Assembly (NCBI RefSeq): GCF_006345805.1 | Contig: NC_043015.1 | Coordinates: 1,984,001-2,048,000, forward strand | DNA length: 64,000 nt | Reading direction: 5' to 3' | Source of the DNA: Octopus sinensis | Taxonomy: Eukaryota | Part shown: positions 1 to 12,424 of the stretch, one piece after another | Layout: every line of letters begins with the position of its first letter | How positions within the stretch are numbered: position 1 is the first letter of the stretch | Made by a program: the position numbers and the translations under genes | The notes under the pieces: generated by a model | What the model was told of the DNA's origin: nothing | The model's input: the letters and a program-made list of their open reading frames with translations, nothing else | The model's database searches: none

Positions 1-22
1 CAAACATTCATACGTGCGTATA

Positions 23-445
23 TGTTAGGTCATCGCATAATTAGTGCAGTTTTTTCATACTTCTTTTATTTTTCAAAATCAAAAGATCTTTTTATAGTCT
101 AAAATATACTCTCCTTCATTTCTACAAAGCTCTTCCCTTTATCTCGCAGATTTGCAAGACCCCTCTTTAAAATGTTACTTGTCCCTGACGAAAAGTAATC
201 CTCCAATATGGTTCTGACCTTGTTTAGGGAATTCATATTCTTCACGTCCAAATGATTATGAAGACTGTAGAATATATGATAATCAGATTGGGAAATGTCC
301 GACGAATATGTTCGGTGATGCATCGTTTCCAACTCAAACAGCTCCAGCCTTTGGAATGTCATCCTCGTTCTACGTGGCTGAGCAGTGTCCTAATGGAAAA
401 ACTTCTTTTTTTGAAACATAAGAAAGTCGATCAGTTACAATGGGA
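23..445 (-). mobile_element. mariner-family (DD34D) transposon relic, 3' end with TIR
   Basis: Minus-strand translation FH*DTAQP...HRTYSSDISQSDYHIFYSLHNHLD matches the mariner HDNARPH / YSPDLAPSDYHLF motifs. A mariner-like TIR (ttaggtcatcgcataattagtgcagttttt) starts at about 25. Confidence 0.85.
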
Positions 446-524
446 TATCTATATATAGTGTGAAAGAGAGAGATAAAGAGAGAGAGAGAGAGATAGAGAG
501 AGATGGAGAGAGAGAGAGAGAGAG

Positions 525-1878
525 AAGTTGGACAAAATAATGGAAACAACTAGTGTCATAATTTTGAAATATCTACAAAACGGTCAAATTTACACATTTC
601 TGCGTACGTCTATATAGGCATGAATATGTATGTATGTATGAATGTATGTATGTAAGCGTGTATGTATGTATTTAAGAAGGTATGCATATACATATTAATG
701 CTTGTATTAATGATGATGGTGGACGATAATGACTCTTGTTATGTTTTTGGATTTATTAAGTGTTGCTTAACATGTTTTTGCTAAAATTGCTGTTTCTTTT
801 CTGATATCATTAGAAAAATGTAATTAAAATTCATTAAAATACAGATCTATCAGACTTCCCAAGAGGTCAAATCCTTGGTGATCGTATGGCAAGCTCTAGC
901 ACAACGAAAACAGCCGAAATGTTTGGTGTGTCAAGAAGTACTGTCTCGAAAGTAACGGCAGCCTTTGAGAAAGAGGGAAAACTTCGAAACAAAACACCAG
1001 AAGAAAATCAAACTTTCAGATAGTGATTGCCGGACTCTTACGTGAGTTGTTAGAAAGGATCACAAATATACATTTCCCAAAATTACTGCAGAGCTTAATG
1101 ACCACCTCGAATACCAAGTTTTGAAAAAACCTGTTTATCGGGAGCTGCATAAAGCCAGATTTCACGGCAGGGCTGCAACCAGAAAACCACTACTTTCAAA
1201 AACAAACAGAATTGGGCAATGGAAGAATGTTATTTTCTCAGATGAATCATACTGTATCTTATTTCTGACCACCGGCCAACTATACCTGTGGAGACAGCAA
1301 AAAGAAGCATTTGACTGCCTTCTTCCAGAGTGCCTTCTTCCAAACATAGCGTAAGATCAATGATGATCTGGGGGGCGATATCTTGGAATCCGCCGGCCCA
1401 ATGGTTGTCCTTCATAGTAGAATTAATAGTCGAGAGTTTTTAAGCATTTTATCTGATAATTTTCATTCTTTGGATGCGGAATTGTTTCCAGAGGCAAACG
1501 CAATCTTTCAGGATGATAATACAACAATTCACAAAACTAAAGTTGTTACTGAATGGCACGCGGAACATTCTAGTGAAGTTGAACATCTTATCGGGCACCT
1601 ACAGTCCCCAAATCTCAATATTATTGAACATTTATGGTGGATTTAAAAACAGGAAAAGAAAAAAAAAAGTGAGGAGTCATTATCGTCCACCATCATCACT
1701 ACAAGAACTAAAGACTGTTTTAGCTGAAGAATAGACAACTTTCCTTTGGAAACCATTCAGTCTTTGAACGAGTCCATACATCGTAGAATTCAAGCTGTAT
1801 TCAATGCGGTTCTATTTCATATTAAAATATATACGTTTGAAATTTTAAGGTCGCCTTCATTATTTTGTCCGACTCCTG
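525..1878 (+). mobile_element. Tc1-like (DD34E) transposon, near full length, decayed transposase
   Basis: TIRs are agttggacaaaataatggaaac (525-547) and ttcattattttgtccgactcctg (1856-1878) followed by TA. Frameshifted transposase at about 838-1810 has RELHKARFHGRAATRKPLLS, WKNVIFSDES, AIFQDDN and QSPNLNIIEHLW. Confidence 0.92.
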
Positions 1879-1911
1879 TATATATATACTTACATACCTA
1901 CATGTATATAT

Positions 1912-2300
1912 GTGGAGGCGCAATGGCCCAGAGGTTAGGGCAGCGGACTCGCGGTCATAGGATCGCGGTTTCGATTCCCAGACCGGGCGTTGTGAGTGTT
2001 TATTGCGCGAACACACCTAAAAAGCTCCACGAGGCTCCGGCAGGGGATGGTGGTGATCACTGCTGTAATCTTTCACCACAACTTTCTCTCACTCCTACTT
2101 CTTGTTTCTGTTGTACCTGTATTTCAAGGGACCGGCCTTGTCACACGCTGTGTCACGCTGAATATCCCCGAGAACTACGTTAAGGGTGCACGTGTCTGTG
2201 GAGTGCTCAGCCACTTACACGTTAATTTCACGATCAGGCTGTTCCGTTGATTCGGATCAACCGGAACCCTCATCGTCGTAACCGACGGTGTGCTTCCAAA
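1912..2300 (+). mobile_element. tRNA-derived SINE (head 1 + tail B)
   Basis: A-box tggcccagaggttagg and B-box ggtttcgattccc. Body and tail are homologous to the minus-strand copy at 31805-32171. Confidence 0.85.
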
Positions 2301-2318
2301 ACATATATATATATATAT

Positions 2319-2548
2319 ATGAAAAAACAAGTCAAAAATAGAAAATGCTAAGATAATTTTATAGTGAATCTTTCAGTACCGGTTTCGGTCATTTTGAGAC
2401 CTTTTCAACTGTAACGATTAAATAATTAAATTTAGAAAAATTAGAAGAAAAGTTTTTTTAAGGGAATATTTCTATAGTAGTATTCAGATATAAGTGGCAT
2501 ACCTGCCTTTCTCTGACTTCCTTGTTTGCACTTGTGTGTTCGAGGTCA
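2319..2548 (-). mobile_element. short HHR-bearing repeat (family D), probable PLE pLTR derivative
   Basis: Reverse-complement homolog at about 41175-41397. Flanked by (TA)n and carries a minimal HHR motif. Confidence 0.65.
2374..2411 (-). ncRNA. minimal type I hammerhead ribozyme, U3:A8 core variant
   Basis: Minus strand reads cag UUGAAAA GGUC ucaaaau GACC GAAA CCGG UA cug: 3-bp stem I, 4-bp stem II, palindromic stem III (ACCGGU), GUA cleavage triplet. Confidence 0.6.
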
Positions 2549-2565
2549 TATATATATATATATAT

Positions 2566-2623
<58 letters not shown>

Positions 2624-2989
2624 ATTTGCTACATTGGTAAGCGTTCACGTGTGTGCCTGCGACACACATTTCAACACCTCGTGATTCAATATATCTATGA
2701 AACATAAGGTTTTCTCAATTTCTGAAAGGACAAAAAAAATGCGAAGCGAAATAACGAAAGTAATACCCTATCCGGCTTCATTTGAGATGTTTCTGTGTGC
2801 GTGAATGCATGTTTGTTTGAAATTCTATTTGTGTGTGTGTGGGTGTTTGTGTGCAGTTGCTTCTGTATGCGTATTTGATATATATGCTAAAATATGCACT
2901 TTTATATTCAAATAACGGAATGCTTAATTTGTGCATGCGTTCACAGTCATTCATATATAGAAAAAACATACATATGTACACACACAACG

Positions 2990-3066
<77 letters not shown>

Positions 3067-3068
<2 letters not shown>

Positions 3069-3690
3069 GCATGTATGTATGTATGTATGTATGCGTTAGT
3101 ATGTGTGTGTGTATACACGCATAATCACGCAAATATCCCCTTGGACATGTATTTAAACTTTATATACTTCTGTTTTACACATTATATACTTTCCGAAGTG
3201 GTGATGATTATTTTTTTTTTATTTTCATATTTAAAATTATAAAGGATTTAAGAATATATACAATTATCGATTCTTTTCATATTCTTTACGAAACCGGGAA
3301 TTCACCAGATTATGTGAAGGTGCTTCTCTTTGAATTAAATTTTAAGTATAGTGAATTTACACATTTCTGCGTACGTCTAAATAGGCATGAATATGTATGT
3401 TTGTATGTATGTATGTATGTATGCATCTATATATGTATGCATATATGTATGTATGCATCCATGTATGTATGCATGTGTGTATGCATGTATACATGTATGT
3501 ATCTATGTTTGCATGCATGTATGTATGTACTTATGTATATATGTATGTATGCATGCATGTATGTATGTATGTAAGCGTGTATGTATGTATTTAAGAAGGT
3601 ATGCATATAAATATTAATGCTTGCATTTATGTCAATATATTTATATGAATGAAAAGATATTTACAAATAGAGAAAATCTTGTGTATGTAC

Positions 3691-3784
<94 letters not shown>

Positions 3785-4406
3785 TGTATGTATGTATGTA
3801 TGTATGCGTTAGTATGTGTGTGTGTATACACGCATAATCACGCAAATATCCCCTTGGACATGTATTTAAACTTTATATACTTCTGTTTTACACATTATAT
3901 ACTTTCCGAAGTGGTGATGATTATTTTTTTTTTATTTTCATATTTAAAATTATAAAGGATTTAAGAATATATACAATTATCGATTCTTTTCATATTCTTT
4001 ACGAAACCGGGAATTCACCAGATTATGTGAAGGTGCTTCTCTTTGAATTAAATTTTAAGTATAGTGAATTTACACATTTCTGCGTACGTCTAAATAGGCA
4101 TGAATATGTATGTTTGTATGTATGTATGTATGTATGCATCTATATATGTATGCATATATGTATGTATGCATCCATGTATGTATGCATGTGTGTATGCATG
4201 TATACATGTATGTATCTATGTTTGCATGCATGTATGTATGTACTTATGTATATATGTATGTATGTATGCATGCATGTATGTATGTATGTAAGCGTGTATG
4301 TATGTATTTAAGAAGGTATGCATATAAATATTAATGCTTGCATTTATGTCAATAATTTATATGAATGAAAAGATATTTACAAATAGAGAAAATCTTGTGT
4401 ATGTAC

Positions 4407-4415
<9 letters not shown>
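3067..4415. repeat. near-identical tandem duplication, period about 713 bp, units bounded by (TA)n
   Basis: 3068-3695 and 3781-4410 match except for microsatellite length and a 1-nt indel. Confidence 0.9.
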
Positions 4416-4473
<58 letters not shown>

Positions 4474-4494
4474 ATACATATATATACATATATA

Positions 4495-4589
4495 TATAAT
4501 CATTTACATAGCTATAGCTTTGTGCATATATATATATATATTATATATATATTTATATATGTATATATACATACACAGACACACACACA

Positions 4590-4657
<68 letters not shown>

Positions 4658-4701
4658 CATATATATGTATACACAAAGCTATAGCTATGTAAATGATTAT
4701 A
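4495..4701. repeat. perfect ~30-bp inverted repeat enclosing a TA/CA microsatellite
   Basis: tataatcatttacatagctatagctttgtg (4495-4524) is the reverse complement of 4672-4701. Confidence 0.9.
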
Positions 4702-5049
4702 TTTACGGAAAAAAATATAAAAGCACGCAACACATTCACAAACACTCATACACACACGCACAAGCGTGTTTGCGTATGTACATGAATCTGTGTTCACAAG
4801 AAACATATAACGTCGTGTATTTGTCCAAAGCGTAGCATTTCTATGCATTCCTTTAGCCATGATCCTAAAGAACCTCTCTTTAAATCCTATAATCCTTTGT
4901 GTACTTCCACGCAAAACGTATCCAAAAATACCAAAGCCGGAGAATTTATCAATACAGGAAAAATGTCCATAGAATCTTCTTTTGTCATTGAAATTATTAA
5001 CCCCTCAATATAAGAAGAAAAATAATAATAATAAATGTATGAAACTAAA

Positions 5050-5080
<31 letters not shown>

Positions 5081-5189
5081 TATCCTCGACTCGGACCCCA
5101 CCTTTTCCTTTCCGCTCGGTTCTTTTTCTCTATGTCCTCCTTAATCTTTTTTGCCTCCGCCTCCTACTCAGACTCTTTTTTTTCCTGAG

Positions 5190-5450
5190 CATCATCATCA
5201 TGATCATCGTCGTCAATATCATTACTATCGTATATCACTAATTCCCTTTTCTCCTTGCTTCTCTTCTTGTAGTGGTTGTTGTTGTTGTTGTTGTTGTTAT
5301 TGTTGTTGTTCTTCTACTGCTGCTGCTGCTGCTGCAACTGCCACTACCACTATCGCTACTACTACTATTACAGCTGCTGCTGCTACTGCCTGTGCCACTG
5401 CTGCTGCTGATGCCGCTGTTGCTGCCGTTGCTGCAGCTACTACCACAACA

Positions 5451-5481
<31 letters not shown>

Positions 5482-5584
5482 TACTACTACTACTACATCA
5501 TCACCATCGTCACTATCATTATAATCATCTTCATCATCGTCATCTTCATCATCGTCATCATCATAATCGTCATCATCATCATCG

Positions 5585-5643
<59 letters not shown>

Positions 5644-5665
5644 GTCGTCGTCATCATCATCGTCG

Positions 5666-5706
<41 letters not shown>

Positions 5707-5722
5707 GTCGTCGTCGTCGTCG

Positions 5723-5768
<46 letters not shown>

Positions 5769-5810
5769 TATCACCATCATCATCATCAACATCATTACCA
5801 TCAACCCTTT
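5190..5810. repeat. compound trinucleotide array (GTT/GCT/ACT/CAT/CGT)n
   Basis: Visible directly. It produces the spurious poly-H/I/D/M ORFs. Confidence 0.95.
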
Positions 5811-6444
5811 CACCGTTCTTGCCCTTGCCATTTATTCTGTCCATGCAACAGTGTAATTACTAGAACTATTCTATAGTTTACATTGCGTCAATGTTTCTGG
5901 TTTTTTTTTTCAAACGTTCAAATATTGAACCACATCCAATCACATAAGCCTTTACTAGACTTAACGAGTATGCTACAAGCAAAAATTATACCGAGGTATA
6001 TTACTGGTGACCCAGGCTAAAAAAATACGGTATCTAGCAAAGCTAATAAAAGGCAAATTGTAAAGTGAATGAGTCTTATTCATCCCTTTCTCTTTTTATT
6101 TTTTCATAAAAATAGATAAACATTCTACATTTCAGTATCGAGTGATTTTACATCTAATCTTATTGGTTCACATATTATATTTCCCATAAAAAGAGGGGCA
6201 TATTGAGGTGTATATGCACAGAGATAAGTATATACATATATAAATACAAACGTACATATATACAAGCATACAAACATATATGCGTAAATACGTATACAGT
6301 GTATTTATAAAATGATTTTAGTGTATCGAAATCAATAAACTTCTGATATTTCTTATTGATTAAATATTGATTTGAGTAACTATAATATATTTTGAAACGT
6401 TACTCAAACACTAGGACAATTATATATATTTGTATATATGTATG

Positions 6445-6528
<84 letters not shown>

Positions 6529-6879
6529 TATGTATATATATATGTATATATATATATATACATATATACATATATATTTGTATATATGTATATGCATGTA
6601 TATACGCATGTGAAAGCTTGTATATAAAATAAATATGTACATAAATATTTGCATGTATGTATGCACGAAGATATATGCATGAAATTGAATGATATATACG
6701 TTTGTGTCTATGTACATATAGATATCATATACACATTCAATTGAATGAATCGATATATACATAAATGTGTGTATGTGTATGTGTGCTCATATTTGCATAT
6801 GTGTGTCTATGCGTTTGAGCTTGTATGTGCATGTGTGCGTATGTATTTATGTTAATAAAATTGGATCTCTGCCAGTTTC

Positions 6880-7200
6880 AATGTTGAACATTTATTTGGT
6901 TGATCGACTAACTTCCTCATTGAATTAATGTGCAAGAGACTGAACAATCCATAGACATGTGAAGGTTAAACTTACTTGAGAAACCGAATTACCGTGACGT
7001 AGTGCGTTAAGTTGGCCCTTGAAATAACTCACAAAATCATTCCGACAGTCTTCCTTGTAGTTTCTACTTAATTTCACTTATATGGTTATGCCTTAGTCTA
7101 CGGTAGAAGTCACGTGCTGAACACAACACACAATGTTGGATCGAAGCCGAAATATCATCGACTCAATCATGGCATATTGAACTTGATGGTTCTGCCATGA
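6880..7200 (-). mobile_element. old SINE relic carrying the tail-B core
   Basis: aattaatgtgcaagagactgaacaatccatagacatgtg...ggcccttgaaata is a diverged version of the core at 31870-31975. Confidence 0.5.
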
Positions 7201-7292
7201 TAACAGATAGTGATATCATATATGTTTATTGAATGCATTCTATTTATTTTCCCTTTATGCAAGAGGGGATAGCTAAGCTCAACGGTTGAATG

Positions 7293-7649
7293 CTCTTTTA
7301 CTCTTTTACTTTTGTAGTCATTTGACTGCGGCCATGCTGGGCCACCTCCTTCAGCCGAGCAAATTGACCCTTCGACTTATTCTTTGGAAGCTTAGTACTT
7401 ATTCTGTCGGTCTCTTTTGCCAAACCGCTAAGTTACGGGAAAGTAAACACACCAGCATCGGTTGTCAAGTGATGTTGTGGGGGGGGGGGGCAAACACAGA
7501 CACACAAGCATATACACACACATACATATATATATTCATATATACGACGGGCTTCTTTCAGTTTCCGTCTCGCAAATCCACTCACAAGGTGCCACGCAGC
7601 GGTACTGAACCCGGAACCATGTGATTGGTAAACAAGCTACTTACTACAC
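7293..7649 (-). mobile_element. SINE family A, internally deleted
   Basis: Matches 18830-19266 in reverse complement and lacks about 50 bp of the head region. Confidence 0.85.
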
Positions 7650-8075
7650 TGCTGATCGTTACCATAAAATGCTTTAATTTTACCAGTTATTTCAATCAAA
7701 CATTATATTTCTTTGTTACCAGTATCACCACCTTGATAACTAATTCTCAGAAAAAAAAATGAAATTTAATATCATTACGAAATATACAGCTCTACTTTCA
7801 ATATGCAATCAGACCGTTTATCATTCTCCACAATATCACAGTTTATCTCATTCAGCTTCTTAATGCTGGGCGCAGCTGCAATTAGTGGCATTTATTATGA
7901 AATTCATACATTAGTTATAAGAGCGCCAATACATACCTAGGTATATATATATATATATATGAATCTATGCTTCTACGTTCATATATTTATTGGTTGGCAT
8001 TACCGAAATCCTTAGAGATGTGCAGCACTGTTAAAAGCGAAAGAATAATTTTAATCTTTTCTGTCTTATATTTAA

Positions 8076-8470
8076 CTAGCAGTATCGCCCGGCGTTGCTC
8101 GGGTTTGTAAGGGAAATAACTATATAAGCATTTTTAGAGAGTTATAGCCAAAAAATAGCAAAACAATGCATTAAAAATGGAAAAAAAATGATTGTAAATT
8201 TTTTTAAAAAACGTTGACTCATCCTAGACATTTTTAGAGAGTTACTTCCCTTATATTAAAAAAAATATGCATTAAAATGGAAAAAATGATGGTAAATTAT
8301 TTTAAAAATCGTAGACTCATCGTAGACGCATGCTAATACACAGAAGGGCTCGACATGCGTCTCGACTATAAGATACCCGGTTTTGGTTAAACTGCTCCGC
8401 AAAATTTTTGAGTAGTTAGGAATCAAAATCGTAGGAGACAGACACACAACCTCTCTTTTATATATAAAGA
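8076..8470 (-). mobile_element. non-autonomous Helitron
   Basis: On the minus strand it starts A|TC (8470) and ends CTAG|T (8076). A GC hairpin cccgagcaacgccggg lies 8 nt upstream of the CTAG. No TSD. Confidence 0.8.
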
Positions 8471-8885
8471 TTATAAGCGTATTATATCAAAATGTCTTCC
8501 CACCACCACGATTCTAATGTGATTTGTCTCTCACATTCTCTAAACGCAACATGTTGTGTCTTATCTTATATATTTTTATGTTTTTCCTTCACTTCAACAG
8601 TCCCACGATCATACTGATTTATAAAACGTGTACATTTTGTAACGATTTAAACATTGAAGAGTGACAAAATATATTTCAAACATAGTATTCAATGGTTTTC
8701 GTATCAAGGATCCATTTACTGGCGGAAGAACTACGTGTGTCGGAGATACTCTCCGGAAAGTGTAAAATTAATAGGAGAAAAATCTGCCTATTTTACTAAT
8801 TATTTGCTAACGAAACAATGCATGTACACTTATTTCAACAGCATATCAAATGCTGTAAATGTATAGATACGCACATACACACACA

Positions 8886-8968
<83 letters not shown>

Positions 8969-8969
8969 C

Positions 8970-9000
<31 letters not shown>

Positions 9001-9168
9001 AATATATATATAGAGAGAGAGAGAGAGAGACAGATTGGCAGACAGACAGACAAACAGAAAGAGAGAGTAAAGATTCTTGCCAACACAGTATGGCTGTCTT
9101 GGTATAGATCGAATGTTGTTGCAATTTAGCCCAGGAGACATCATTTCCAGCTGGCTATACGACACGAT

Positions 9169-9420
9169 CTGAAAGAAGCCTGTTGTATATATGGATATAT
9201 ATATATGTGTGTGTGTGTGTCTGTTTCTGTGTGTGTTTTTGCCCCCCCCCACCCGGAACATCGCTTGACGACCGATGCTGGTGTGCTTAGGTCCCCGTAA
9301 CTTAGCAGTTCGGCAAAATAAGTACTAGGCTTACAAACAATAAGTATTGGGGTCGATTTGCTTGACTAAAAGCGGTGCTGCAGCATGGCCACAGTCAAAT
9401 AACTGAAAAAAGTAAAAGAG
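9169..9420 (+). mobile_element. SINE family A, 3' part
   Basis: ctgaaagaagcc...cagcatggccacagtcaaataactgaaa...aaagag matches the other family A copies. Confidence 0.8.
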
Positions 9421-10497
9421 TATATCTTCTCTTTTATATAAGGTCTCCGAGTAACAATGATTTTTTTATTTGATCTTGCAGCCATTAGCATAGTTGTTTT
9501 TATAATGCTCGCTGTATAAGAGAACAAAAACAAAAAAAAATGTAGTAGCATTATCTTTTCCCACAATCTCGACCTATGAAGTGTTATTGAATTACCTTTT
9601 CTTTCTTTTTTTTTTTTAATATCATTCCATTGTTCACATACACTGATTGCGACGACCCTGCACTTCCTGTTTGGGGATGTTGATCTCCGATTTGTGTATA
9701 ATTCGTTGAGCAATACAAAACACCTTTATAAGGCATGATTGATTATTTATGAAATTACAGTTTCCTTGGCTGCTGTTATTATTATGTTACGTTTATAATT
9801 TACTTCGAATATACATCATAACGTTGCTAAATTTTTCTCCTTCTTCATGTTTGTAATTATAATATTTCACATTTTATTTCCTTTATTTTGATATCAGTTT
9901 CACTTCTATCCCAATTTCTTTCTCTTATACCTTTATTCCATCTCTTTACACTTGCGTCTACCATTTTTTCTGTTTATGTTTCAAAGTTCGCAATGTCTAA
10001 TAATATATCATATAAAGGTTACATTAGCTGATATTTCTTATAATTATTTCCAGACCTGAAGGCTATTTAGATAATCGTTGCATATTATATATGACGAATA
10101 AATACTTCCTCGTATAAAGAATTCAGCATCATTTGTAACGTAGATATTTGTGTGGCCAAAAGATAATGAGAAAAAAATCGCTTGCTACGTTTAAAATCTT
10201 AATTACATTTTAATCACAAATTTAATCTATTCGATCGCACAGCAACGAGCCGTCGACAAATTAGTCTTTTCAAGTTCCATCGATTTGTCAGACGTAGCAG
10301 TAAATTACTCTCCACAATGAATATCAGGCATCTTGGAAGCCATAAGTTGCAGGAAAATATAGCCTTAACATGTTGAAAGCAATTATGGATAGAATGTTGT
10401 TGATCATAGGAGATATATTTAGATTAACATGGGCTAAACAACACCTTTATGATGGATACTGATCAGTTGTTAATAAACAAGATATATATATATATAT

Positions 10498-10670
10498 AAT
10501 AATAATAAATATTAGGGAATAAATCCAAACTTACAGGGAAAAATCAGATATTTTAAAATTAATTTTGTTATATATTTAAATAATATAAATTAAATAATCT
10601 TATGTATTGGCTTAAGTTTTTCATTGTATGATTTGCCTAATATTGGTTTTGTCTCTAATTTAATATAATA
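10498..10670. repeat. AT-rich repeat (family F), partial copy related to 13488-13795
   Basis: Shares aataataaatattagg(g)aataaatccaaa.ttacagggaaaaa and the tatgtattg..taagt...ttttgtctc arm. Confidence 0.7.
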
Positions 10671-10774
10671 TATATATATATATATATAAAATAATAAATA
10701 AAACCTATGCATATATACATACATATATGTACGTACCTACATCTATATGTATATATATATACAGGCATATATGG

Positions 10775-11110
10775 GTACAGGGCACCCCCAAAAAAACGTC
10801 GAACACAAAGAGAAACGAAAACATAAAAACAAAACCATGGAAACGGATATTATTTTTTTAAACAACGATAAAATAGAGTACAAGACATATAACACAAGAA
10901 AAATTCCCCTTCTTCAGCCGCCTCTACTTCGTCTACTCCGTGTTTCGAAGGTAAAGGTGAGACACAACTTCCTTGAAACAGTCCACCCCGCAAAGCAAAT
11001 TGAATGAAATTTGGGATTTTTTGCGGAGGGGTAAAAGTGGTAACAAAAACAGGACAGCAACAACAGTACAAATAAAACCAGTATAAAGCAGGACAAGGAG
11101 AATAACAATA
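10775..11110. repeat. interspersed repeat (family G), related to about 40990-41130 in opposite orientation
   Basis: Minus-strand ctgaagaaggggaatttttcttgtgttatatgtcttgt resembles plus-strand ctgatgaagggttgtttctctatgtttacttgtcctgt at about 41021. Confidence 0.45.
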
Positions 11111-11126
11111 ACACAAACAGTAAGGG

Positions 11127-11200
<74 letters not shown>

Positions 11201-12134
11201 CTATATCTTATTACCATCGTTACCATGTCGTATTCATAAATTTCAATTTGTATATAATGAGACATCTGTGATTGTACAAATATTCTTGTTAAAATCTACC
11301 GAGTTAAGGAAACAAATTTGTTCAGCAATGATGGAAAATCATTCAATATTCTATAATACATTTCAGTGTATTAACTTGCCTGTAACTATCACAGATTTCA
11401 GTAACATAGCCTGTAAGAATTTCCGGCATTTCAAATGAATATTTCGAATTTATCTTCCTTGTATATTATTTGATATTATTTGTGTTTTATCGAATTTATA
11501 TATCAAAGTTACTTGGTATTATATTCAATCCATTCTTCTTAGTAGTTTCAGTAGACGACTTTACTTGTTAACCTTTCAGCAGGTATGTAACCTGTGTGAC
11601 AAGTCTTTATACTTAGTGACTTTTACGTATGGCTTCCTAAATAAGTTCTATGAATGATTCCTTCATAATTACAGATACGTTTCCATGGTTTGTGTTTTTG
11701 ATTTTTGTGGCTAAATGTTAGAATGATGGCGGTGATTTATTAAGAATCGTGTTGCAAATAAAATACATATGTATAATGAAGTACATGGAATATCTCCGGG
11801 ATAAGACAATGCATGGGATCTGATATAAGAAGCCATAGTTACAAACCGAAATATACAAAGAAAAACTAAAATATTAGTATTCTTGGTGATCACTCGAGGG
11901 CACCGCTGATTGAGAAAGGATAAGATAAAAATTATCGCAGTCGTATGTTTTTGTATAAAATTTGAAGGTCACTAAGTTCACTATAGTGATCTGATTGGTC
12001 TTTAGTTTCTACTGAGACACTTTGGTTAGGACAACTTCACCACTTCTTGTTGTTTAGCTCTCGAGTAGCCCTAAATCACCACAAAACTCAATAAATGTGT
12101 GCGTGTATATACATATATATATGTATATATATAT

Positions 12135-12204
<70 letters not shown>

Positions 12205-12209
<5 letters not shown>

Positions 12210-12400
12210 AGCAATTAAGGACAACTTCTTAATAAGGAAAACTTAACAAGAAATTATCGGGTAGATAGCGTGAAAACCTCATAAAATTTCGAAAGAATTA
12301 TTTTCGAAATTTTTTTCTTTTATGAGGTTTTTCACGCTATCTACCCGATAATTTCTTGTTAAGTTTTCCTTATTAAGAAGTTGTCCTTAATTGCTAAAAT
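12205..12400. repeat. ~196-bp near-perfect palindrome
   Basis: Arms 12205-12286 and 12318-12400 differ by one indel. The spacer itself holds aaatttcgaaa/tttcgaaattt. Confidence 0.92.
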
Positions 12401-12424
12401 TTTTATTCCGAAAAACCTTTTTTC

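Noticed and set aside
5151-5876. 241-aa His/Thr/Ala-rich ORF
   Set aside because: It lies entirely in a compound trinucleotide array that is open in several frames on both strands.
10895-10960. GAAAC...CUGAAGA (minus) here and CUGAUGA at about 41021 as type II hammerheads
   Set aside because: Stems I and III cannot be formed between the GAAA and the core in either copy.
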